Shown: positions 23,216-32,729 of the stretch, one piece after another | How the letters are laid out: each line of letters starts with the position of its first letter | Position numbering within the stretch: the stretch's first letter is position 1 | Source: Gemmatimonadaceae bacterium | GTDB lineage: Bacteria; Gemmatimonadota; Gemmatimonadetes; Gemmatimonadales; Gemmatimonadaceae | DNA length: 64,000 nt | Assembly (NCBI GenBank): GCA_035533015.1 | Contig: DATLUQ010000002.1 | Location: 18,791 to 82,790 of the forward strand | Direction of reading: 5' to 3' | The notes under the pieces: generated by a model | What the model saw: only the letters and a program-made list of their open reading frames with translations | The model's database searches: none | Told to the model about the DNA's origin: nothing | Translations under genes and position numbers: made by a program

Positions 23216-24330
23216 CGGCCGCTGCGATCCGCCTGGCGTCGCTCGCCCTGCGCGATTTCCGCAACATCGAGCGCCTCGATCTCGCGGTGCCGGACGAGGG
23301 GTTGGTCGTGGTAGGTGAGAACGGCCAGGGCAAGACGAATTTGCTCGAGGCAGCCTACTACCTGCAGCTCCTTCGGAGTGTGCGCGGCGCCCGTGACGTG
23401 GACGTCGTGCGCTTCGGGGCTGCCGGCTTCTACCTCGAAGGGCGGGTGCACGGCGGCCGGACGATTGCCGTGGGGTTCGAACGCGCGTCGCGGCGCAAGC
23501 GGGTGACCCTGGACGGCGCCGCCGCCGGCCGACTGAGCGACGCCATCGGCGCGCTGCCCTCCGTCATGGTCTCCCCGGCCGACGTGGAGTTGGTGGGCGG
23601 GGCGCCGGTGGCGCGCCGTCGTTACCTGGACATCCTGCTCGCCCTCACGTCGCGCCCGTACCTCACGGCGTTGCAGACGTACCGTGGCGCCCTCGTTCGG
23701 CGAAACGCGGCACTGCGCGACGCGGCGCGCACCGGGCGGGCCGACGCGCGCGTGACGGTGTGGAACACCCCATTGGCCGAGGCAGGCGGCGTGCTCTGGC
23801 GCCAACGTGCGGAGTGGGTGGACCGCGTGGCCATTCCGTATCGGACACTGTGCGCGGCGATCGGTGAGTGCGGCACCGCCACGCTACGCTACGCGAGCGC
23901 GCTCGACGCGCGGGCCGACCCGGCCTCGGCGATCGCCGAGGCGCTGGAATCCCGGCTGGCCCTCGACCTCCGACGCGGCATGACGCAGGCGGGCCCGCAC
24001 CGCGACGACCTCGTGCTCACGCTCGACGGGCGCGACCTGCGCACCTTCGGCTCGGCGGGGCAGCAGCGATCGGCGGCGATCGCGCTGCGGATGCTCGAAT
24101 GGGAGACGCTGCGCGCGGCATGCGACGCGGCGCCGCTGCTCTTACTGGACGATCCGTTCGCGGAACTGGACGTCCGGCGAGCGGCGCGCATTCTGGACCT
24201 GCTGTCCGACGCCGGCGTGGGGCAGGCCGTACTCACCGTACCGCGCGAGACCGACATCCCGGCGGAATTCACGCGGCTCGAGCGGGTGCGGGTGGAGGCG
24301 GGAATGATCCGCGTGGGGCGGGCGGCATGA
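23212..24330 (+). CDS. recF: DNA replication and repair protein RecF
   Basis: GTG start overlapping the upstream stop (GTGA). Sequence LALRDFRNIERLDL..VVGENGQGKTNLLEA, with the signature SAGQQRSAAIALR and LLLLDDPFAELD. Confidence 0.9.
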   Translation: MTAAAIRLASLALRDFRNIERLDLAVPDEGLVVVGENGQGKTNLLEAAYYLQLLRSVRGARDVDVVRFGAAGFYLEGRVHGGRTIAVGFERASRRKRVTLDGAAAGRLSDAIGALPSVMVSPADVELVGGAPVARRRYLDILLALTSRPYLTALQTYRGALVRRNAALRDAARTGRADARVTVWNTPLAEAGGVLWRQRAEWVDRVAIPYRTLCAAIGECGTATLRYASALDARADPASAIAEALESRLALDLRRGMTQAGPHRDDLVLTLDGRDLRTFGSAGQQRSAAIALRMLEWETLRAACDAAPLLLLDDPFAELDVRRAARILDLLSDAGVGQAVLTVPRETDIPAEFTRLERVRVEAGMIRVGRAA

Positions 24331-24638
24331 CCGAGCGGAAGCGCGGAAAGCCGACGCCGCTGGCCGAGGTATTGCCCGGGGTCATGGGCCAGTCCGGGCT
24401 CAGGGCGCGTCTCGATCAGGCAGGGGTGATTCTCAACTGGCCGCGCATCGTGGGCAAGGAGATCGCGAAGGTCACGCAGCCAATCTCGGTCGACCGACGG
24501 GGGGTATTGTTGGTGGCCGTGACCACCAACGCGTGGATGAACGAACTGGCGATGATGGAGCCGGAACTGCTGCGCGTGATCAATGAAGAATCGGGGGCGA
24601 AGAAGGTGGAGCGCATCCGCTGGCGGCTTGTGCGCTAA
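24327..24638 (+). CDS. DUF721 (DciA-like) protein
   Basis: ATGA overlap with recF; 103 aa. DUF721 pattern W..IVG..IA..T.P......GVLLV.V....W..EL......LL..IN. The position between recF and gyrB is typical. Confidence 0.75.
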   Translation: MTERKRGKPTPLAEVLPGVMGQSGLRARLDQAGVILNWPRIVGKEIAKVTQPISVDRRGVLLVAVTTNAWMNELAMMEPELLRVINEESGAKKVERIRWRLVR

Positions 24639-24661
24639 GCGATTGTGGGGTGGCGACTTAA

Positions 24662-26716
<2,055 letters not shown>

Positions 26717-26737
26717 GGATGGGATTGTCGGGCCGAT

Positions 26738-26769
26738 CGTTCAATTAAATGATTTGTGCAGTAAAAATG
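26738..26769 (+). promoter_or_regulatory. conserved 32-bp promoter-like motif, copy A
   Basis: CGTTCAATTAAATGATTTGTGCAGTAAAAATG. It sits in an AT-rich island just after gyrB. There are 5 related copies in the window. Confidence 0.5.
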
Positions 26770-26807
26770 AAAACGCCGTCCTGCCGAAGTGGCAATGTCG
26801 GCGTGAG

Positions 26808-26839
26808 CGTTTGATCAAACAGTTTGTGCAGTAGAATCG
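26808..26839 (+). promoter_or_regulatory. conserved 32-bp promoter-like motif, copy D
   Basis: CGTTTGATCAAACAGTTTGTGCAGTAGAATCG. It starts exactly 70 nt after copy A and has a -35-like TTGATC and a -10-like TAGAAT. Confidence 0.5.
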
Positions 26840-27005
26840 TATGCGCTGTTTCGGCAGTGGCGGCCACAAGTGTTTAGCGGGAGGTCTACTCGGCCGAGAG
26901 CGTGGCCGCGAGATCCCCTGCCGTCACGAGGTCTACGATCGGCGACACCGCAGCTATTTCACTGAAAGCGCTCCGTCCAAGACTTGCGCGGAGTCCGGCC
27001 AAGCC

Positions 27006-27431
27006 TCACCGCCTGACCACGACGTCGGCGTCGTCACCGCTTCCTCCCGGCCTGCCGTCCGCCCCATACGACATCAGCGCGTAGCCCTCGGCGCCCGCGT
27101 TGTCCACGCGACGGTAGACGTACGCGCTCCCCCATGGATCGGTTGGGATGTGCGTCAGGATGTACGGTCCCCACCAGTCGTCGGACGTCGGCGGCACCGT
27201 GGGCGGCATCAACAGGGCGTCGAGTCCCTGCCCGGAGGTGGGATACGCCCCGGTGTCGTGCCGGTATGTCTCCAGGGCGGCACCAATCACCTTCATGTCC
27301 GATTGCGCCGTCTCCCGAGGGGGGCGATGCGCGCGGAACCATTGCGGCGCGACGAACGTCGCGGCGATCCCAATGGCCAGCATACCGGCCAGCACTTCGA
27401 GAATGCTCGGCCTCCACCTGTGCCGCCGCAC
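27006..27431 (-). CDS. GspG-like pseudopilin domain protein with atypical N-terminus
   Basis: The C-terminal domain matches T2SS GspG: YPTSGQGLDAL..WWGPY..PTDPWGSAYVY..GYALMSYGADGRPGGSGDDADV. The N-terminus reads RPSILEVLAGMLAIGIAA instead of G-FTLIE. Confidence 0.65.
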   Translation of the reverse strand: MRRHRWRPSILEVLAGMLAIGIAATFVAPQWFRAHRPPRETAQSDMKVIGAALETYRHDTGAYPTSGQGLDALLMPPTVPPTSDDWWGPYILTHIPTDPWGSAYVYRRVDNAGAEGYALMSYGADGRPGGSGDDADVVVRR

Positions 27432-27432
27432 G

Positions 27433-27900
27433 CTATTCGACCTTCATGCAGTCAGTCGTGCGCCCAACGCCCGGTGGCCACGCATATTCCTCGCTGACTT
27501 GCGATGGGCCCAAATCGAACGCCCCGACCATTGCGGCCTTGGTGGGCCGCGGCAACGGAATTCCCGTCTGCACCCACAGCGCGAATCCGCAATAGTCCCA
27601 CCCGTATCCCACGAGCCCGCCATAGAGGCTCGTCCGGAGGTTGCGGACCACCCGGAGGTCGCCCGTGTCGAGGTGCACTTCGACCGAGTCGAAGTAGAAC
27701 GCGGGTCGACCCGACTTCCGGGCGTAGTCGTCGATCCATCGCGACAGCAGGCGCATGTACATCAGTTCCGTCACCCGGGGCGCGACGTCGATCCGGGGCG
27801 TGGCTCGGATCGCGTGCAGGCGCCACCCCAGCCCGATCGCGAACACAGCCACTGCGGCGAGACCAATGACCGCTCTGCGCGTGACCCGCCTCGTTGGCAC
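27433..27900 (-). CDS. hypothetical membrane-anchored protein
   Basis: N-terminal TM (AVIGLAAVAVFAIGLGW). No recognisable domain. It is tightly packed between the ADOP permease and the pseudopilin-like gene. Confidence 0.45.
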   Translation of the reverse strand: MPTRRVTRRAVIGLAAVAVFAIGLGWRLHAIRATPRIDVAPRVTELMYMRLLSRWIDDYARKSGRPAFYFDSVEVHLDTGDLRVVRNLRTSLYGGLVGYGWDYCGFALWVQTGIPLPRPTKAAMVGAFDLGPSQVSEEYAWPPGVGRTTDCMKVE

Positions 27901-27903
27901 CGT

Positions 27904-30627
27904 TTACGCCTGCCGCATGACGTCCATCGGGTTCGTGCGCGCCGCGCGCCGCGCCGGAACCATCGTCGCCACGATTGCAGGGACCAGAAGCGCGACCGCC
28001 GCGACGACATACGTGGTCGCGTCGTGGACGCCGACGCCGTAGAGCAGTGAGCCGAGGAGGCGGGCCGCGGCCCACGCTCCGGCGAGTCCGAGCAGCAGGC
28101 CGATGGTTGCCGCGTACACTAGCTCGCGTGAGGCAAGCGCGGCGAGATCGCGTCCGGTTGCGCCGAGGGCCGCGCGGATCCCGAACTCGACCCTTCGTTG
28201 CGCCACGGAGTACGCGATCACCCCGTACACCCCCACGACCGCCAGCACGAGGGCCAGACCGCCAAACAGCGCGATCAGCGCCGTGTCGGTGCGCGGTACA
28301 GCCACCGATTGACGCACCACGTCATCCAGCGTCCGGGCGTCGTATACCGGTTGCGACGGATCCACGGCGTGGACGCCGTCGCGGAGTCGCGCCAGCAGCG
28401 CGGCCGGCGGCAATGCGCCGCGCGCCACGAGCACGACGGACGCCGGCGGCGCGACCTCGATCGGTATGTAGACCTGCGGCCCCGGAGGTCGATTCAATCC
28501 AAAGAACCGCACGTTCGCCACGACGCCGATGACCGCCATCTTCGCCGTGCGTCCACTCCACGAGATCCAGCGGCCCAGTGGATCGACTCCCGGCCACAGG
28601 CTGTCGGCGAGCGCCTGATTGATGATTGCCGTGCGCGGCGCACCGCCGTTCACGTCGAGCGAATCGTCGCCGGCTCTGAACGTCCGCCCGCGGAGGAGTG
28701 GAATCCCCATCGCCCTGAAGTAGTCGCTCGACACCACCAGATAGGTCGCCGTGCGCGGGCGTTCCGTTTTCGGCCGCTCCGGCACGCCCTCAGCGGCGAT
28801 GCCGAGTCCCATCGCATTCGGCGCATCGAGCGGCAGGGCCGCCGTGGCAGCCACCGCCTGGACGCCGGGGGCGGCGCTGATCCGCTCGAGCATCGAGGCA
28901 ATGCGTTGCCGCCGGATGGCGGCCGACGGCCCCGGCGAGCCGAAATCAAGTTGGAGCGTCGCCGCATGCGCAGCGTCGAACCCGGTGCGCACCGCGGTCA
29001 GACGCTGGAAGCTGCGGAGCATCAAGCCCGCGCCCACCAGCAACATCACCGTTAGGGCCAGCTCGGCAACGAGGAGCACGCGACGCGGACCCTTCCGTCC
29101 TTGTCCGAGGGTGCCGGTCGTGCCGCCCCCGCGCACCGACGCCGCGAGGTCGTTGCGCGACGTGGTCACCGCGGGCCAGAGCCCGAATCCGATGCCCGTC
29201 ACCAACGCCAGACCGGCGGCGAAAACCAGGACACGGAGATCGAGCTCGGGCGGAGCGAGCCCCGCCAGCGTGGGCGGCATCACGGTCGAGAGGAGTCGAA
29301 ACAGCGCGGGCGCGATGGCCACGCCGGTCGCCGTTCCCGCCAGGGACAGCACCACCGCCTCGGTGAGCAGTTGCCGGATGACCCGCCCGCGACTGGCGCC
29401 GAGGATGGCGCGCAGCGCAATTTCGCGGCGCCGCACCGCGGCTTGCGACAAGAGCAGGTTGGTCACGTTCACGCAGCCGATCAGGAGCAGGAGGCCCGTG
29501 GCCCCGAGCAGGATGAGCAGCGTCACGCGACGGTCTCCCACGAGCGACTCCTGCATTGGGACCGCGGTCTGATACCATCGCGTCTGCTCCTTCTGTATTG
29601 CGTCCTTCATCCACGCCGGCGGCTGGGTTCGTTGATCGGCGTGCCAGAGAGAGTAGAGCCGAGCGTTTGCCTCGTCCACCGACACACCCGGCGCCAGCCG
29701 CGCGATGGTGTGCGGTTGGGGCGGGAGCCCGCGCGAGAAGCTGATCACCGCCGGCGGGGACGGGATGGGGATCGGCACCCAGAGGTCGCTCCGGTCGGGG
29801 AAGGTGAACCCCGCCCGCATCACGCCGATGACGGTGAACGGATTGCCGTCCAGCGAGATGACGCTGTCGAGCATGTCGCGACTGCCGAAGTGGGATTGCC
29901 AGAATCCGTACGAGAGTACGGCGAGCGGCGGTCCGCCAACGCGTGCCTCGGAATCGGAAAACACTCGGCCGACGACCGCAGCCGCGCCCAGCAGGTTGAA
30001 CAGACCCGCCGACGCGTGACCGACGGTCACGCGTGCGGGACGGACCGCATCAATCAGGTTGGCCGTCGTGCTGAAATACGCCGCGACCCCGGAGATCAGC
30101 CCGGGCATCGCGCGCATGTTCTCCCATGTGGGATGCGATTCGGCGCGCGCGGGACCGGTCGCATCGCGGTACGTCGAAGGCACCCCCACCGACGGCATCA
30201 GCACGAGTTGCCCCGCATCTTTGAACGGAAGCGGCCTGAACATGGCAGCATCCACGGCGCTGAACATCGCGGTCGTCGCGCCGACCCCGAGCGCGAGCAC
30301 GACGAGGACCGTGGCGGTGAAGCCCGGCTGCTGGCGAAGCCGGCGGAGCGCGTACTGGACATCCTGTCCGACATTCCCGACCGCTTCAACGCGGAAGCGC
30401 CGCTTGAGGCGGCGTCCGTCGTCTCGCCTGAGCCGCGCCCGGATCGCCTCCACGTCCCCGAACCGCAGCCGCACGATCTCCGCGATCTCCTCCGGCGGCT
30501 TCCCTGCGGCACGCAGATCGTGCTCAAGCCGCGCGAGGTGATCGGCCAGTTCGTCGTTCACGTCGGCTTCCGCGCTCGGGCCGAAAAACCGCAGGTACCG
30601 CCGCCACATTGGCTCCCGCTTCCGCAT
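27904..30627 (-). CDS. ADOP-family duplicated MacB/FtsX-type permease
   Basis: 907 aa. The N-terminal region ends at QYALRRLRQQPGFTATVLVVLALGVGATTAMFS. Two MacB-like periplasmic plus FtsX 4-TM modules follow. No ATPase gene is adjacent. Confidence 0.85.
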   Translation of the reverse strand: MRKREPMWRRYLRFFGPSAEADVNDELADHLARLEHDLRAAGKPPEEIAEIVRLRFGDVEAIRARLRRDDGRRLKRRFRVEAVGNVGQDVQYALRRLRQQPGFTATVLVVLALGVGATTAMFSAVDAAMFRPLPFKDAGQLVLMPSVGVPSTYRDATGPARAESHPTWENMRAMPGLISGVAAYFSTTANLIDAVRPARVTVGHASAGLFNLLGAAAVVGRVFSDSEARVGGPPLAVLSYGFWQSHFGSRDMLDSVISLDGNPFTVIGVMRAGFTFPDRSDLWVPIPIPSPPAVISFSRGLPPQPHTIARLAPGVSVDEANARLYSLWHADQRTQPPAWMKDAIQKEQTRWYQTAVPMQESLVGDRRVTLLILLGATGLLLLIGCVNVTNLLLSQAAVRRREIALRAILGASRGRVIRQLLTEAVVLSLAGTATGVAIAPALFRLLSTVMPPTLAGLAPPELDLRVLVFAAGLALVTGIGFGLWPAVTTSRNDLAASVRGGGTTGTLGQGRKGPRRVLLVAELALTVMLLVGAGLMLRSFQRLTAVRTGFDAAHAATLQLDFGSPGPSAAIRRQRIASMLERISAAPGVQAVAATAALPLDAPNAMGLGIAAEGVPERPKTERPRTATYLVVSSDYFRAMGIPLLRGRTFRAGDDSLDVNGGAPRTAIINQALADSLWPGVDPLGRWISWSGRTAKMAVIGVVANVRFFGLNRPPGPQVYIPIEVAPPASVVLVARGALPPAALLARLRDGVHAVDPSQPVYDARTLDDVVRQSVAVPRTDTALIALFGGLALVLAVVGVYGVIAYSVAQRRVEFGIRAALGATGRDLAALASRELVYAATIGLLLGLAGAWAAARLLGSLLYGVGVHDATTYVVAAVALLVPAIVATMVPARRAARTNPMDVMRQA

Positions 30628-30630
30628 CGC

Positions 30631-30987
30631 TCAGCCCTCCGCAGGCGCCGCCGACGGACCGGGCGCGCTCAGCGCGGCACCCATCGCCTGCGCGAAGCGC
30701 GCCCAGGCAGCGGTCTCATGCCGCAACTCCTTCCGTCCTTCCGTCGTGATCGTGTAGAACCGAGCCCGTCGGTTGTTTTCAGATAGGCCCCAATCGGCCT
30801 CGATCAATCCGCGCTCCTCGAGGCGATGGAGCGCCGGATAGAGCGTCCCTTCTTCGACCTTGAGCGCCTCGCCCGTGGCGCCTTCGATCCAGCGGGCGAC
30901 CCCGTATCCGTGGATCGGCCCCCAGCTCACCGCGCGCAGGATCAAGACATCCATCGTGCCGCGGAGAATGTCCACCGGTCCGCCCAT
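30631..30987 (-). CDS. PadR family transcriptional regulator
   Basis: ORF trimmed to MGGPVDILRGTMDVLILRAVSWGPIHGYGVARWIE..EGTLYPALHRLEERGLI. A GGGAGGG Shine-Dalgarno lies upstream. Confidence 0.88.
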   Translation of the reverse strand: MGGPVDILRGTMDVLILRAVSWGPIHGYGVARWIEGATGEALKVEEGTLYPALHRLEERGLIEADWGLSENNRRARFYTITTEGRKELRHETAAWARFAQAMGAALSAPGPSAAPAEG

Positions 30988-31136
30988 CGTACCCTCCCTA
31001 GGGTTTCTACAGGGCACGATAGTCGTCGGTCCAGTAGAAATGCAAGGGGACCACCTTGGCCTGCACAACCCGCGGGGGCGCGGCCACGGACGCTTGACGC
31101 CACGTTACGCGACCAGCATCGGGGTTGTGGCACCGT

Positions 31137-31168
31137 CAAAATTACTGCACGCGCCTTTCAATCAAGTG
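31137..31168 (-). promoter_or_regulatory. conserved 32-bp promoter-like motif, copy C1 (faces padR operon)
   Basis: Reverse complement is CACTTGATTGAAAGGCGCGTGCAGTAATTTTG. It lies about 150 nt upstream of the padR start. Confidence 0.55.
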
Positions 31169-31196
31169 CCTGGCCGGACAGGGGTGTCGGGCCGAG

Positions 31197-31228
31197 CATT
31201 TGATTAAACACCGTGTGCAGTTGCTCTG
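31197..31228 (+). promoter_or_regulatory. conserved 32-bp promoter-like motif, copy C2 (back-to-back with C1)
   Basis: CATTTGATTAAACACCGTGTGCAGTTGCTCTG. It points towards the C15 tract and the 3' end of the lipoprotein gene. Confidence 0.45.
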
Positions 31229-31261
31229 AAGTCGGCCACGCACGCAGCTGACAAACTGGCG

Positions 31262-31276
31262 CCCCCCCCCCCCCCC
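31262..31276. repeat. C15 homopolymer tract (intergenic)
   Basis: G followed by 15 consecutive C, then GCGC. Confidence 0.9.
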
Positions 31277-31382
31277 GCGCTGCATGTCGAGATTGTTCCG
31301 GCCCGGGCGATTCGTAGCGCGCCTATTGATGGTTGTGGCGCGACGCTCGCGAATTGGTCAATTGCGACCGAACTCGTGCAGT

Positions 31383-31868
31383 CTAGGGAGTCCGGACTAC
31401 GAGCGTCACGGAGTCGGTTGGCGGAACCGCACCAACCGGTGCGAACTGCAGTACGCGCAACACGCTGTCGGCGGCAAAGACGGCAAGGGGAGCGCCCACC
31501 ACGGGCGGCGACGGATCCTCGAGCATCTTGGCTACCACCCACACCGACAGGGTCTCACCCGCGGCGGCAGGCGGTGGTCCCCAGCGGACGAGGACCATCG
31601 GTTCGTCGCCCCACTGTGGGTCTGGGGCGATCGCAGTTGATGCGCCAGCGTTGGCGTCGGCCGGACGAAGACGCACATCTAAGCGGTACGCCGACGGCCA
31701 AGGCTGCGGCGGCTGTGCGAGCGAGACGAGGACCCGCGCGCAGCCGTAGTTGCCAAACTCATAGGTCTGTGGGCAGGCGTCCGGGGGGAGTCGATCAGCC
31801 ACCGTTGTGCTCCGGCACCCGACGGTGCCAAGCAAAATGAGTGCACAGTAAGCAGCGAAGCGCGACAT
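31383..31868 (-). CDS. hypothetical lipoprotein
   Basis: ORF trimmed to MSRFAAYCALILLGTVGC (lipobox LLGTVG-C). No recognised domain. Confidence 0.55.
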   Translation of the reverse strand: MSRFAAYCALILLGTVGCRSTTVADRLPPDACPQTYEFGNYGCARVLVSLAQPPQPWPSAYRLDVRLRPADANAGASTAIAPDPQWGDEPMVLVRWGPPPAAAGETLSVWVVAKMLEDPSPPVVGAPLAVFAADSVLRVLQFAPVGAVPPTDSVTLVVRTP

Positions 31869-32124
31869 ACCGGGTTCCCTTGGGGTAGAGTACTCGACCC
31901 AGTATACCGATTCGCTTGCGATCGCCCCATCGGGAGCCCCCTGACGTCCGGTTCCTTTCGGTCGCTCGCGTGTGATGCGAGGGGACGGCTGGAGCGATGG
32001 CCGACGCCCGCGACGCGACAGTCGCCGTGTCACCGCAGGACCGGGTTCCCACCAGGCCGCGCAGGCCATTCTCGTTCGCTGATCGCCTGCGACCGGTTGT
32101 CATTTCGGCAGGGGCGCAGGTTGT

Positions 32125-32156
32125 CAACGTTACTGCACAGGCCATTCAATTAAATG
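32125..32156 (-). promoter_or_regulatory. conserved 32-bp promoter-like motif, copy B (faces lipoprotein gene)
   Basis: Reverse complement is CATTTAATTGAATGGCCTGTGCAGTAACGTTG. It also shares an identical plus-strand 15-mer, TTCAATTAAATGATT (32145..32159), with copy A (26740..26754). Confidence 0.5.
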
Positions 32157-32228
32157 ATTGCCCCGACATGGGAAGGTAGCGGACGAAGAGCGCAGAGGTC
32201 CTCGGGTCAGCCCGGGCTCTTCATGTCG

Positions 32229-32729
32229 TCAGCGCCCCCCCCCCGCATCCGGTCCGCCGATCGCCCCTACGCGCCGCTCCATCGCCCGCTGCTCGAGTTT
32301 TTCCACGGGAAGCGCGACGAGCAGATCGATGCGCCGGCTCAACAGCTGATACGTCTCGCGGAAGGCACGCTGGCGCGCCTCATCGTCTTCCACGGCCGCA
32401 GGATCCGGCATCCCCCAGTGCGCGAACGTCGGATGGCCCGGAAAAACCGGGCACGCCTCCCTGGCGTTGTCGCACACCGTGATCACCACGTCCCACGGTT
32501 CGTGTTGGATCTCGTCGATCGTCTTGGGGCGCGCGGTCGTCCAGTCGATCCCGTGCTCGCGCAGCACGTCGATCGCCCCACGGTTCACAACGGGCGCCGG
32601 TTTCGTGCCGGCGCTGCCCACGCGGAACCGGCCACCTCCCTTCGCCGTCAACAGCGCCTCGGCGATCTGACTGCGCGCTGAGTTGCCGGTACACAGAAAG
32701 AGAACACCGAGCGTATGTGTCGCCGTCAT
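32229..32729 (-). CDS. arsC: arsenate reductase, LMW-PTP/thioredoxin-coupled type
   Basis: VLFLCTGNSARSQIAEALL..GSAGT..VITVCDNAREACP. ATGA overlap with acr3. Confidence 0.88.
   Translation of the reverse strand: MTATHTLGVLFLCTGNSARSQIAEALLTAKGGGRFRVGSAGTKPAPVVNRGAIDVLREHGIDWTTARPKTIDEIQHEPWDVVITVCDNAREACPVFPGHPTFAHWGMPDPAAVEDDEARQRAFRETYQLLSRRIDLLVALPVEKLEQRAMERRVGAIGGPDAGGGR

Noticed and set aside
26717-27005. Possible chromosomal origin (oriC) in the AT-rich island right after recF-dciA-gyrB. TGTGCAGTA partly resembles an inverted DnaA box (TGTGNAWAA).
   Set aside because: Only two such boxes lie here, and the same motif recurs 4.4 and 5.4 kb away next to unrelated genes. There is no cluster of TTATCCACA-like boxes, no clear AT-rich DUE and no adjacent dnaA or dnaN. 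The promoter or operator interpretation fits better. GC-skew analysis of the whole genome would settle it.
32235-32244. A G10/C10 homopolymer inside the 3' end of arsC (encoding the GGG of ..DAGGGR), as a possible frameshift or phase-variation switch.
   Set aside because: It affects only the last few non-conserved residues after the catalytic domain, so slippage would have little consequence. It is probably incidental, but worth checking in reads together with the C15 tract.
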